A DNA stretch of 64,000 bases from an uncultured Bdellovibrionales bacterium (GTDB lineage: Bacteria; Patescibacteriota; Minisyncoccia; Moranbacterales; UBA1568), in NCBI GenBank assembly GCA_964543815.1, contig CAZIZG010000001.1:116265-180264 (forward strand), read 5' to 3'. The position numbers were made by a program, and so were the translations under genes. Numbering within the stretch: the first letter of the stretch is position 1; the number at the start of each line of letters is the position of its first letter. Below the pieces are notes generated by a model. That model saw only the letters and a program-made list of their open reading frames with translations. It ran no database searches and was not told the origin of the DNA. This document shows positions 19,297-29,228 of this stretch, piece by piece.

Positions 19297-20535
19297 CTAC
19301 TTCTTGAAAAAAGAAACGAGATCACCAAACGATACTTCCTCAGCCTCTGTGGCAGTACGTTTCTTCACCTCGGCCTTGCCAGATTCGAGCGACCGTTTAC
19401 CAATCACCACTCGGTACGGCATCCCGAGGAGGTCACTTTCCGCAAACTTGGCACCCGCTGCTATATCTCGATCATCATAGAGTACTTCAATACCAGCCCG
19501 AATCAACGCTTCATAGACTTCACTTGCTCTCTCATCAGCCCCAAGCGACAAGAGATGAACCTGAAACGGTGCCACTACCTCCGGCCATACCAGACCCTTA
19601 CCATCAGAAAGTATCTCCGCGATTGTCCCCATGACTCGAGCTGGCCCAATCCCGTAACTTCCCATCACCACAGGAGTACTGTTTCCTGTCTCATCTTTGT
19701 ATGTCAGTCCTAACGGCTGAGAAAACTTGGTCCCGAGACTGAAAATATTTCCCACTTCGATTGATTTTTTCTCTTTCAAATTCTCCCGTTGTAGTCCGAG
19801 ATCAGCTAGCACTTCATCGTTCAGTACTTCAACATTGAGTGCCATACCACTCGTCTCGTCCACATAAATCACATCCTCACCCGCATCACTCACCGTTTGA
19901 AATTCTTCGGAGTATTTACTAAAAATTCCTCCGGAAGCAAAAGCTTTATAGGTCACTTCACCGAGTCCAACCCTCTTGAAAATAGTGATGTACGCCTCTC
20001 TCACTGAAGCGTATAGTCTCTCGTGCTCTTCTTGGTTGCGCGCAAACGAGTAAAGGTCCTTCATGATGAACTCCCGTGTGCGCATGATACCACTCTTGGC
20101 TCGAGTTTCATTTCGAAACTTCGTCTGAAATTGGTAGGCTAAAAATGGCAGATCACGATACGAGCTCACATGCTGGGTCATGATATTGGTAATTGGCTCT
20201 TCATGAGTCACTGCTAAACCAAGTTCGCTCCCATTCTTCAGTTTCGTTTTAAACCACACATCAACCTTACTATCATCCCAACGATCAGTCTTTTCCCAGA
20301 GCGTCTTCTCCTGAAGCGAAGCCATGTCCATTTCCTGGCCTCCGATAGCATCCATTTCTTCTCGGATCACCTGCATCACCTTGTTTAGGGTACGTAAACC
20401 AAGGGGCAGATAAGAATACACTCCAGCCATGTCCTTGTGAATGAAGCCAGCCCGAAGCAACAACTGAGCATTCTTACTCACCTCATCACGCGGCGCTTCT
20501 TTTTTCGTCTTAGAAAACAGGTGTGATTGTTTCAT
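19297..20535 (-). CDS. proS: Proline--tRNA ligase (short form without INS editing domain)
   Basis: LLRAGFI, YLPLG, THEE, KFRNETR..GIMRTREF.MKD.YSF, IEVGNIF.LGTKFS, MGSYGIG; 412 aa. Confidence 0.96.
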   Translation of the reverse strand: MKQSHLFSKTKKEAPRDEVSKNAQLLLRAGFIHKDMAGVYSYLPLGLRTLNKVMQVIREEMDAIGGQEMDMASLQEKTLWEKTDRWDDSKVDVWFKTKLKNGSELGLAVTHEEPITNIMTQHVSSYRDLPFLAYQFQTKFRNETRAKSGIMRTREFIMKDLYSFARNQEEHERLYASVREAYITIFKRVGLGEVTYKAFASGGIFSKYSEEFQTVSDAGEDVIYVDETSGMALNVEVLNDEVLADLGLQRENLKEKKSIEVGNIFSLGTKFSQPLGLTYKDETGNSTPVVMGSYGIGPARVMGTIAEILSDGKGLVWPEVVAPFQVHLLSLGADERASEVYEALIRAGIEVLYDDRDIAAGAKFAESDLLGMPYRVVIGKRSLESGKAEVKKRTATEAEEVSFGDLVSFFKK

Positions 20536-20607
20536 ACTATAAGCCTAATTTTCTTTTATAATAGCCGAAAAATGGCTTTCCGTCAAAGTAAAGAGTCCTT
20601 TTTATTA

Positions 20608-20636
20608 TTGACAAAAATCTATTTTAGGTGTATAAT
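20608..20636 (+). promoter_or_regulatory. Consensus sigma70 promoter
   Basis: TTGACA-17-TATAAT, back-to-back with a TTGACG-17-TATTAT proS promoter on the minus strand. Confidence 0.8.
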
Positions 20637-20721
20637 ACTATTTCTATCATAGTGATAGAACTGTTGGTAGCGCAGGTATGCTACTTAGCCTATTCTTTGG
20701 GCTATAGAGCTTGGAGCAGTC

Positions 20722-21423
20722 ATGAACCTTAACATCAGCGTCACGTCAGCAAGAACCCAAAAAGAAGCTTCAGTCAAGTGGATTCAGCCCACAGGGCCGG
20801 AGCTCAAGCAGGGTTCAAAGCAACGTCATCGCGCCACCTGGTCAGTCACGCTCGACAAACTCGAGAGTGAGATCATACGTATTTGGGGCGCCCCCCTGTT
20901 CCATGGCGAAATCGAAAATCCCCACGCCGAGGAAATAGGCGTAGAGTTCAACGACGTTCTCTGCAAGAGTGTCTGCGGTATCGGTATGGGAGCCGCCTAT
21001 AGGGTCATAATGACTCAGCCAGACAATCCCATCCACAGCGACCTCTTTCAGTTCCGTCTCAATGCCAATCTGATGAACGGTCGCCGTTCAATCATGGTGA
21101 GCATCGACAAGCCCCACATCAATGAGCAGAACCTGGAATTCTTCCTGCGACTCCTCAAGATCTGCATGAAGGAATTCTATCGAAAGGGCAATAAACAACA
21201 CGTCGGGGCATATTTCAACAGTCGTAAGGGTATCGGACACGCAAAGCGCCGCTACCTGCTCTGGCTGGGAGCTCAGGGACAACTCGATGCCGGCACCAGG
21301 GCGCTCTGGAGCAATTACCACGCTTTAGAGATCAAATACAACCTGACGGCTGGGACGTACAAGGGAGCTAATAGCGCCTGGCAACGTCTAATCGCAGTCG
21401 AACAAGCTTTGCAGAAGATCTGA
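20722..21423 (+). CDS. Hypothetical protein (orphan cassette)
   Basis: 233 aa ORF with GGAG SD, three-hairpin leader, perfect promoter and terminator (21447-21505). Confidence 0.75.
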   Translation: MNLNISVTSARTQKEASVKWIQPTGPELKQGSKQRHRATWSVTLDKLESEIIRIWGAPLFHGEIENPHAEEIGVEFNDVLCKSVCGIGMGAAYRVIMTQPDNPIHSDLFQFRLNANLMNGRRSIMVSIDKPHINEQNLEFFLRLLKICMKEFYRKGNKQHVGAYFNSRKGIGHAKRRYLLWLGAQGQLDAGTRALWSNYHALEIKYNLTAGTYKGANSAWQRLIAVEQALQKI

Positions 21424-21446
21424 CCCTGGGCGCTTAGCCGCTCATC

Positions 21447-21505
21447 ACCCGCCGCACGGCTTTAGGGAACCCCCTACTTGTTGTACAGGCGGGTTTTCTA
21501 TTTTT
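21447..21505 (+). terminator. Terminator-like stem-loop
   Basis: ACCCGCC...GGCGGGT closing stem followed by T-rich tract. Confidence 0.6.
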
Positions 21506-21548
21506 CAAAAACTTTATTTGGAGGTATTATTCGAAATAGCTAATTCTT

Positions 21549-21887
21549 ATGATAATAGTTATGGTCTTTGAACAAGGGGGTTTCGGGAATCAAAAAGAAG
21601 TAGTCGGGGACGAAAAGAACGTTTCTGCTTTTGTTGAAAGAAATGCAGTAGCGATAAAAGAAAGATTATCTGCCATGACCCCCACAGAGCTCACAGCCTT
21701 TTTTGAAGCTATAATGCTCTGTGGATGGGATGCCTCTGGCGAGGGAGGTAATGGCGAAACAAGTGATGAAAAAAGATTTCCTCAAGACGAAAGGAGCGAC
21801 GGCAGTTATGGGGCAACTGGTTTGAAATTTGGCGAAAATCCCCTAGTAGTAGAAAGAATGAAAAAATTACTTGGTCTAGAAAAATAA
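21549..21887 (+). CDS. Hypothetical protein
   Basis: 112 aa acidic ORF, AT-rich, directly upstream of truD. Confidence 0.6.
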   Translation: MIIVMVFEQGGFGNQKEVVGDEKNVSAFVERNAVAIKERLSAMTPTELTAFFEAIMLCGWDASGEGGNGETSDEKRFPQDERSDGSYGATGLKFGENPLVVERMKKLLGLEK

Positions 21888-21905
21888 TAGTTAGTAAGCT
21901 ATTTC

Positions 21906-23351
21906 ATGCCCGAATCAGACAGGCAAACAAACAAAAACCAAGAACACGAGATACTGGCCCGCGAGGCACTCGCACATCCTGAACTCTTTGAGCGTCGGAC
22001 GTATCTCGAAGATGCTTCGCTTCTTCATGAATTCGGCATCAGCATTCCTGGTAAGGAGTCCTTCGCTTCGGGCTATCTCAAACTCTGGCCTGGGGATTTT
22101 ATCGTGGAGGAAGTCAGTCCCGAAGGTGAAATAGCGACGGTCACAAGAGAAAATATCCTCACTCCCGAGACAGAACTCTCCTACGCTCCGACTATCTACG
22201 CCACCCTCGTCAAATGCGGCATCTCTACGATTGAGGCCATCGATGACATGGTGGCACAACTAGGCTGTGAAAGAACCGCTATCGGCTATGCTGGCATCAA
22301 AGATCGTGACGCTCTCACTGCCCAACGCATTTCTTTTCGAAAAGTTACTCCACAAAAGCTTAAGGCTCTTACCTCGCCCTATTTTTTCCTCAAAGATGTC
22401 ACCGAAGGCAAGGGAGCGGTAGCAACTGGCGGACTCAGGGGGAATCGTTTCACGCTTCTCATTCGGACCAATCAACAATTTTTTCAGAAACACACCCTCG
22501 ATGCCTTCGCCCACAATCTCACAACTCTGCGTGATTCTGGATTCACCAATTTCTTTTATCTGCAACGCTTCGGTACTCCCCGTCTCCGAAATTATGTCTG
22601 GGGACTCTCTCTTCTGCGAGGTGCCTATGAAGAAGCCGTGTATGATGTCTTGACGTACCAAGCCCCCCGCGAACTCACCTACTTCAAACAGCTTCGTGAA
22701 AAATGCGGCACCCTCTGGGGTCGCTGGAATGAAATTGAGACACTCATCAGTCCGTTTCCGATTATCTTTCGTCATGAGTTGCGTCTCGTTCGTTACCTCC
22801 AAGTTCATCCCAATGATTACAGCGGGGCACTGGCGGAACTCTCAGACCAAATAGTGCTGTGGGTCTATGCCCTGGCTTCACGCTACTATAACGAAACTCT
22901 CTCCGGATATCTCAAAAGAGGTGAGACGCCTCCAAAAAACCTCCCGCTCTTTCTTGGTTTCAACAAAAAAAGCTGGGGGCCCTATGAGGAGGTACTGCGC
23001 CGCGACGGTATCTTCCCGCCACCCTTTGATAATCTAAAACCTTTCCCCTTTCTCCAAATTCGTGAACGTACCCTTCCCTGTACTGACCGTCCAAATCTCT
23101 CTGGTATACAGGTATGTGACCAGGGCGTCATCCTGTCGTTTGAACTCGGCAAAGGTCAGTACGCCACCACTTTCCTCTCGCATCTCATCAATCTCCTCAC
23201 TGGCAAACCACCGGAAACCCTTCGAACGGAACAAGTTGATACCCGCGCTCTCCTCGGTGAACCCGGCAATGCCGAAACCATCGCCTATTTCGCCCCCATC
23301 ATTCGTTCCAAACTGGAAACCGAACAAGAATTCGGGGAAATCAAGGAATAG
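21906..23351 (+). CDS. truD: tRNA pseudouridine(13) synthase TruD/Pus7 family
   Basis: K..P.DFIVEE, GYAGIKDRDALTAQRIS (catalytic D), LRGNRF, QRFG, FELGKGQYATT. Confidence 0.92.
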   Translation: MPESDRQTNKNQEHEILAREALAHPELFERRTYLEDASLLHEFGISIPGKESFASGYLKLWPGDFIVEEVSPEGEIATVTRENILTPETELSYAPTIYATLVKCGISTIEAIDDMVAQLGCERTAIGYAGIKDRDALTAQRISFRKVTPQKLKALTSPYFFLKDVTEGKGAVATGGLRGNRFTLLIRTNQQFFQKHTLDAFAHNLTTLRDSGFTNFFYLQRFGTPRLRNYVWGLSLLRGAYEEAVYDVLTYQAPRELTYFKQLREKCGTLWGRWNEIETLISPFPIIFRHELRLVRYLQVHPNDYSGALAELSDQIVLWVYALASRYYNETLSGYLKRGETPPKNLPLFLGFNKKSWGPYEEVLRRDGIFPPPFDNLKPFPFLQIRERTLPCTDRPNLSGIQVCDQGVILSFELGKGQYATTFLSHLINLLTGKPPETLRTEQVDTRALLGEPGNAETIAYFAPIIRSKLETEQEFGEIKE

Positions 23352-23369
23352 TATCTTCAGACAAATTTA

Positions 23370-23402
23370 AACGGGTACCACTCTATTGGAGTGATACCCG
23401 TT
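23370..23402. terminator. Terminator hairpin between convergent genes
   Basis: AACGGGTACCACTC-tattg-GAGTGATACCCGTT. Confidence 0.7.
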
Positions 23403-23434
23403 CGTTTGGCCCCGCACTGCGGGACGTTCGTTCC

Positions 23435-24004
23435 TCAGGCCGCCTTGGGTTCAGCCTCGATGAGGACGAAAGTGCCTTCACGTACCACGGCCAGATACTT
23501 CGGCGGGTCTTCACTCGGCGAAGTAAAGTTGACTGTGATGGGACCATCCTGGTTCCACCACGTGCTGTCGTTCCAGCTGAAGCGGTTCGACAGAACAACG
23601 ATGGCGTCCCGCACTGGCCGCGAAAGCTCCAAGATTTCCTCCGGGTTGGGAGCGGCCTTGTAGACGAGTTGGACCACGTTTTGCGTGTCCCTTCCGATGA
23701 GCTTGGCCATGTGCTTGTCCGTGATTTCCTGTTCCCACTGGCCGATGTCCACCAGTTTCCACTGGTGGCCTTCGGCATTGGCGATGCCGAGACGGAGCAG
23801 CTTGGGGCTGACACCGCTCTGCCTGATGAGGCATTCTCCGGTGTCCTGTCTCTTCCCACGGACAGTCTTGAATTTGCCGCGGTAACCGAGGTCAGGGATA
23901 CCGCTAGGCACCGAATTACCCTGAAAGAAGAACTTGACGATCACGATACCGTTTGACTCATCGAGCCCCAGCGGAGACTTATCGTTCGCGTAGCTTGTTG
24001 CCAT
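23435..24004 (-). CDS. Hypothetical protein (GC-rich orphan cassette)
   Basis: 189 aa ORF with AAGGAGG SD, structured leader, own promoter and terminator. Confidence 0.75.
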   Translation of the reverse strand: MATSYANDKSPLGLDESNGIVIVKFFFQGNSVPSGIPDLGYRGKFKTVRGKRQDTGECLIRQSGVSPKLLRLGIANAEGHQWKLVDIGQWEQEITDKHMAKLIGRDTQNVVQLVYKAAPNPEEILELSRPVRDAIVVLSNRFSWNDSTWWNQDGPITVNFTSPSEDPPKYLAVVREGTFVLIEAEPKAA

Positions 24005-24099
24005 GATGCCTCCTTGGCGTTAGGCGTTGTGGATTGTGAAGGAAAGCTGTGACACTATCCCTCGTGGATGATGCCGTCGGAATTTCATTCCAACGTATC

Positions 24100-24128
24100 A
24101 GTATAGCACCTTTTGACATAAAAGTCAA
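24100..24128 (-). promoter_or_regulatory. Sigma70 promoter
   Basis: TTGACT-17-TATACT. Confidence 0.7.
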
Positions 24129-24219
24129 GGTAAAGTGCTTAATAATGACTATTTTAAAGCAAAAAAGACTCTCTTGAGTCTTTACTTTGATAGTATTTTC
24201 AAGAATCGAAAACCCCGAA

Positions 24220-25440
24220 TTACAATTTTACTTCTACAGTACGCTCCTCTCCTCCACGCAAGATGCGGAGATTGAGAGTGTCGCCTTGATTGAAACGACT
24301 GATGAGTTCGGAGAGTGGATTGTCGAGGTTCACCTCACTATCATTGACGGCTGTGATGATATCCCCGGCCAAAATCCCCGCCTTCATGGCTGGAGAATCA
24401 GCGATGAGCGCCAGTCCGGTACTGCCAGAACGAGAGTACACGAGCGCCCCGCGATCACGTGACAGTCCCCGGCCAAGTGCCAGAGCTTTGGTGATAGAGA
24501 GGTAGTAAACTCCAAGCGTTGGACGCTTCTCGAGAGTACCACTCGTCACATGATTAAACGCATCCCGAACGACATTTGAAGGAATGAGGAACGACTGAAG
24601 CGTATTGTTGATAGTGAGGGTACCCACGAGTCCTACCATTTCCCCATTCCATCCTACAACTGGCCCACCTACAAAAGCTTCTGGTTCAGCCAATCCCATT
24701 TCAAAAACACCTTCCCATTTTTCTGAAGAGGCCACCGTCTTACCAGAAAGGTTGAAAATACGGTTAACGTTGGTGAGGATATCGACAGAAAGGCGATTCT
24801 GGTATTCAGCAAAGGTATTACCAATAGCAATGAGCTTCTTTCCCACACGGGCATCATCGGAATTGGCCAGCGCAATAGCTGGAGTATTAGTAGCGTCACT
24901 CACTCGGAAAAAAGACAGATTGGTCAGTACGTCCCGGCCGACAAAGGCAGCCTCATGTATCGATCCATCAAAGAGTAAAATTGAATACCGGGTCTTTTGC
25001 GTATCAAACGGTAACTCACTATAAGTCACGACTAATCCATCATTGGTCATGAGCACTCCCGTAGTAGTTACCACCGTCTCTGCAGCCGCCCCCAGAGTGG
25101 CCGTATTCCCCTTTACATCCTTTGATTCTGATGGCAGGGCTACGATATTGACCACAGCGGTCGCTGGCTGTGAAACAATTTTTTCTACCGTATCGTCTTC
25201 GCGCACCACCACCTGTTCGGTCTTGTTGATAACCGTCACGTGCTCAGCTGCTTGTTTAAAAAAGTCCCACTGCGATAGATGCTTATTGGCTGCCAGGCGA
25301 GGCACAACAGAGCGCTCAAAAAACACTCCGCCCACACCTCCTAAAATGAGGATAATGGCAGCTAAAAAGGTAAAGAGGATGGCCTTTTTGATGAGAAATG
25401 ATGTCATAGAGAGCGCTCTCTTTGTATCACATTTTTCCAT
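24220..25440 (-). CDS. HtrA/S1C trypsin-fold protein with PDZ domain, catalytic triad absent
   Basis: Aligns by eye to HtrA at 26239; VVTYSEL replaces IVTNKHV, LTNLSF replaces SNDIAV, AFVGGP replaces GNSGGP; PDZ (SPAMKAGILAGDII) intact. Confidence 0.85.
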   Translation of the reverse strand: MEKCDTKRALSMTSFLIKKAILFTFLAAIILILGGVGGVFFERSVVPRLAANKHLSQWDFFKQAAEHVTVINKTEQVVVREDDTVEKIVSQPATAVVNIVALPSESKDVKGNTATLGAAAETVVTTTGVLMTNDGLVVTYSELPFDTQKTRYSILLFDGSIHEAAFVGRDVLTNLSFFRVSDATNTPAIALANSDDARVGKKLIAIGNTFAEYQNRLSVDILTNVNRIFNLSGKTVASSEKWEGVFEMGLAEPEAFVGGPVVGWNGEMVGLVGTLTINNTLQSFLIPSNVVRDAFNHVTSGTLEKRPTLGVYYLSITKALALGRGLSRDRGALVYSRSGSTGLALIADSPAMKAGILAGDIITAVNDSEVNLDNPLSELISRFNQGDTLNLRILRGGEERTVEVKL

Positions 25441-25451
25441 TTCTGGCAACC

Positions 25452-26207
25452 CTACACCAGAATTCGCCAGGGCGAACTCAGGAGAAGAAGGAAGATAATC
25501 CCCAGAAAAAACAAGATGCGCAGGGCGGCCTTACGTAGCGAAAGCGTCTCACGAAAAGCATCGAATGAGATATCCCAGATGATAAAATAACAAACTATCC
25601 CAAGGGCCCCGGTTGTGAGATAGCCAAAGGGCCAGAGACTCATCACCCACACCATTTCACCCATGATAAGTCCGAGGAGCGCACTGTAAAGTATCACTCG
25701 GCGACGTTGTTTCTCGTCAACACTCATGAACGTCTCATAGCTCGTCAAAGCTGTACCAAGGAAATAGAGAAGCATCAGTCCCCAGAGAGGAAAGGAGAAG
25801 TTAAGATAGAACCCATACAGTCCAGCGTAGTAAAAGAACATAGCGGCCATGGCAGCCGTGTTAAGGAAGGCTTCGGCAGTTTTATCGGTTGGGGCATGAC
25901 GCAGCCGGTAGTTTCCAAGAAGAGCGAAGTAGTACATGGCAGCACAGAGCACCACGAACACCTGCTGTTTGCCGGGACTATCGATGAGTGATAGGAGCGT
26001 CGGAGCTGAGAGTGACAACAAAATAGGGATGAAAGCATCCGCAAAACGCTCCGTCAGGCGCCGACTGGCCACGAGAGAAATGACAACAAGTGGACCAATG
26101 GCAAGCAAATACCAACTCCACGAGGCCAAGATAGAGCTTTGTGACACCAATTCCAAGCCGACACCAAAAACAATACTGAAGAAGAGGACTGTGAAGTGAA
26201 AAATCAT
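25452..26207 (-). CDS. Hypothetical polytopic membrane protein
   Basis: 251 aa, ~8 TMs, located between the two HtrA paralogs. Confidence 0.8.
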   Translation of the reverse strand: MIFHFTVLFFSIVFGVGLELVSQSSILASWSWYLLAIGPLVVISLVASRRLTERFADAFIPILLSLSAPTLLSLIDSPGKQQVFVVLCAAMYYFALLGNYRLRHAPTDKTAEAFLNTAAMAAMFFYYAGLYGFYLNFSFPLWGLMLLYFLGTALTSYETFMSVDEKQRRRVILYSALLGLIMGEMVWVMSLWPFGYLTTGALGIVCYFIIWDISFDAFRETLSLRKAALRILFFLGIIFLLLLSSPWRILV

Positions 26208-26238
26208 GATTTCCCTTTTCTTATCGTTACCTTCTCAT

Positions 26239-27537
26239 TTACTGGCGCTCCTCCAAACGAACCCTGACATCCTTAATATCACCTTTATGCCAAAGCTTGA
26301 GAGTAATTTCGTCGCCAACACTGTGTTGACCCATGTAGTACATAAGACCGTGATTCTCATCTACCTGCTTACCATCAATCTCTAAGATAATGTCGTTTTC
26401 AACAATACCCGCCTTGTCGGCCGGTGATCCTGGTACTACCGCAAAATCGGTAAGCGTATCACCCCTTAGCACGAGCGCTCCGTAATTGAATGGCAAACTA
26501 GTTTTTTTCTTCAAATCATCATTGAGCGTAATCGAACGAACCCCGAGATACGGAAAGGAAATTTTACCAGTTGTTTTGACCTGCTCCACGATACGCTTGA
26601 CCTGATTGATTGGAAGTGAAAATCCAATACTTTCTGCGCCTTGGGCCATAGCAACATTTACCCCAATCACCTCACCGGAGAGGTCAAAAAGTGGCCCGCC
26701 CGAATTACCAGGATTAATCGCTGCATCAATCTGAATGATATCAGAGAGGTGCTCCGAATCGCCCGAACCAGAACCCGCATTGAGACTTCGTTTCAGCCCT
26801 GATACAATCCCCCGGCTCACTGAATTTTCAAATTCACCGAGTGGATTCCCGATAGCAATAATCGTTTCTCCTGCCCGCACCTGGTCAGAGTCACCCAGCA
26901 CGAGAGCTGGATATCCACTTCCCTCAATCTTGATGACAGCGATATCATTACTCGGATCACGAGCTAAAACTTTGGCTTGATGTTCAGATTTATCACTCAG
27001 AATAACCGTGTATTCCGCCTGTTCATCAGACACAACGTGTTTATTGGTAACAATAAGACCGTCCGTCGAAACAAAAAACCCCGAACCACTCCCTACTTTC
27101 TGTCTTTCTGTTTCTTGTGGAAGGTTTCGTGATTGATCAGAACCAAACGGACTAAAGAATGGGAAACCAAAAGGGTTATTGAAATAATTTCTCACCTTGG
27201 GAACATCCTTACTGATGACGATACTGACCACGCCCGGTGAGTTTTTTTCTACTAAATCAGCCACCACATTTTCCTCGGCCATGACACGCACCTGCTCTGT
27301 CTTGAGCGAAGAGTCAGTACCCATACCAAGAAAGGTAATTTGCTCAGCAAAAAGACGCTCAATCCGCGGTGCCATAAACCCTCCGAAAAATCCCGTAATG
27401 AGCATGAGACAAAGGAGAGCGAAAGCCCGTACTCGCCCATATCGCCGTTCACCACGACCACAGGCGGCACACTGACACCGTGATACTGTGGGATTCTTCG
27501 TTTGTGTTTCAATAGTTTCTTTTTCCAGTGTATCCAT
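26239..27537 (-). CDS. htrA: HtrA/DegP-family serine protease with PDZ domain
   Basis: GSGSGFF, IVTNKHVV, NDIAVI, IGNPLG, QIDAAINPGNSGGPL, PDZ. Confidence 0.95.
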   Translation of the reverse strand: MDTLEKETIETQTKNPTVSRCQCAACGRGERRYGRVRAFALLCLMLITGFFGGFMAPRIERLFAEQITFLGMGTDSSLKTEQVRVMAEENVVADLVEKNSPGVVSIVISKDVPKVRNYFNNPFGFPFFSPFGSDQSRNLPQETERQKVGSGSGFFVSTDGLIVTNKHVVSDEQAEYTVILSDKSEHQAKVLARDPSNDIAVIKIEGSGYPALVLGDSDQVRAGETIIAIGNPLGEFENSVSRGIVSGLKRSLNAGSGSGDSEHLSDIIQIDAAINPGNSGGPLFDLSGEVIGVNVAMAQGAESIGFSLPINQVKRIVEQVKTTGKISFPYLGVRSITLNDDLKKKTSLPFNYGALVLRGDTLTDFAVVPGSPADKAGIVENDIILEIDGKQVDENHGLMYYMGQHSVGDEITLKLWHKGDIKDVRVRLEERQ

Positions 27538-27595
27538 AATTTTGTTGTTAACAATGATACCTCCCATCTTCAGAACAGCAACTGTACCTCACTTC

Positions 27596-28651
27596 CTAAA
27601 AGGAAAATGCCGCATCGCCACCAGTCTTTTTCAAGAGCTCCTCTTCATACTGACGCCATTCCGCCTTCCGAAATTCAGCCCGAGCGCTGGTATTATTCCA
27701 CTGGTAATCTAGGTCAAGCACTTTGATAGAAAGTGTCTTCATCTGATCAGACAGCCAATCAGCAAACGTATTTTTACGGGCAAAAATCTGCTTGATGCGA
27801 TAGAGCTGAGCGCTCTTTTCTTTCTTCACCTCCTGAACCAGAACGATATGAAATCCGAGGCTACTTTCAATCACGCTCCCTGGAGCACCGACTTTTTGCG
27901 CCACCACAGGATTGCGCAATTCCGGGGCAAGATCCTCAATAGAAAACCAGCCTAAATCACCGCCTTTGTCAGCAGTCTGGCCCTCAGAATACTGCTTAAC
28001 GACGGACTCGAAAGCCTCGCCATTCCGTAGGGCCTCAGCCGCTTCTTCGATACGTTTCTTGGCCTTTGTCACGGGGTCCACTTCTTTGAGAAAGGCTTCA
28101 TTTAATTTCTCCTGGTACAAACTTGGGAGTACTACTTTTTCTTCAAAATCGGCCATCTTCCAGCCATACAATCGATCGAGATTACCCTCTACTGTCTTGC
28201 TATCACCATATTCTTCTAGCTTACGCGCGACTCCCTGGCGAGCTGTTTCTGGACTGACAAAAATATCTCGTTTCTTAGCCAGTACGACAATAGCCTCATC
28301 CTCAATCATTTTATTCAAAATCTCCTTCTCCCGTACCTTGAGACGCTTCTGGCCATCCTCAGTAGTAAAGTCTACACGCAGACCAACCTTGGAAAAATCC
28401 TGATTCTCATAAAATCGCTTCACAGACTGCACGTTCTGTGAAAGCTCATGAAAAGAAAACATACCTCGATACCCGACAACTACGGCCGGATACGGGACCC
28501 GATTCACAAACGATTGTACTAAGTGGCTGGTACGCGGAACAAAATAGGTCACAATAAGAGACATTGCTACCACAAGCACTAAGAGAGCAGCGCAACCATA
28601 CAACATGGTAGACCAACGTATTTTTTTAATCGTATCTGTCATAAGCACCAT
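27596..28651 (-). CDS. Parvulin-type peptidylprolyl isomerase (SurA/PrsA-like foldase)
   Basis: N-terminal TM, SurA-N-like helices, FESVVKQYSE...KGGDLGWF...IESSLGFHIV. Confidence 0.88.
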   Translation of the reverse strand: MVLMTDTIKKIRWSTMLYGCAALLVLVVAMSLIVTYFVPRTSHLVQSFVNRVPYPAVVVGYRGMFSFHELSQNVQSVKRFYENQDFSKVGLRVDFTTEDGQKRLKVREKEILNKMIEDEAIVVLAKKRDIFVSPETARQGVARKLEEYGDSKTVEGNLDRLYGWKMADFEEKVVLPSLYQEKLNEAFLKEVDPVTKAKKRIEEAAEALRNGEAFESVVKQYSEGQTADKGGDLGWFSIEDLAPELRNPVVAQKVGAPGSVIESSLGFHIVLVQEVKKEKSAQLYRIKQIFARKNTFADWLSDQMKTLSIKVLDLDYQWNNTSARAEFRKAEWRQYEEELLKKTGGDAAFSF

Positions 28652-29052
28652 CAATTATCATGATTTTCAAAAAAGAGCCTCCACCATTTCTCTCCGTTCG
28701 AAACACTGTCGCGACCACCAACAACCACTGCCGACTTTGGACTCTCAACTACAGACACGTCCGTATTTTCCGGTCGTGGCTTGATAACGACAACCTGCTC
28801 CTCTTTTTTTTTCATTCCAAGTTTCTCTTTTGCCTCCTGCTCACGAAAGTCAACTGACGAGAAATAGCCAATTTTTTCACTCAGGGTTTCGTTTTCTCTT
28901 CGTATCCTTTCGGCCTCCTCTTGAAGTTCCGCCACTTCATTCTGAATCCGTTCATTACGGGTCATTTGTTTGGAGGAGACATATACCGCCCACGAAACCA
29001 GCGCTATAATCCCTACCCCCCCGATGCGAATCCAGTATTTCTGTGCCACCAT
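28651..29052 (-). CDS. Septum formation initiator (FtsB/DivIC family)
   Basis: TM followed by coiled coil and E.EAKEKLGMKK.EEQVV. Confidence 0.85.
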   Translation of the reverse strand: MVAQKYWIRIGGVGIIALVSWAVYVSSKQMTRNERIQNEVAELQEEAERIRRENETLSEKIGYFSSVDFREQEAKEKLGMKKKEEQVVVIKPRPENTDVSVVESPKSAVVVGGRDSVSNGEKWWRLFFENHDN

Positions 29053-29076
29053 AGAAATCCACCAAACCTGGTTAGG

Positions 29077-29187
29077 CTAATACATGAAAAATGGCGCAAA
29101 GAGAAAAGCAATCATCGACACAACTACAAAAACTGAGACCACGACCCAAAGAGCGTAGGCCTTTTTATGCCATCTTCTAAAACTCAT
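29077..29187 (-). CDS. Small single-TM protein (36 aa, not in ORF track)
   Basis: Manual translation MSFRRWHKKAYALWVVVSVFVVVSMIAFLFAPFFMY*; fills the gap in a co-oriented run. Confidence 0.65.
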   Translation of the reverse strand: MSFRRWHKKAYALWVVVSVFVVVSMIAFLFAPFFMY

Positions 29188-29228
29188 AGGCTCTTTTTCA
29201 CAACTTACCTTGCTATGGTAACAAAAAA

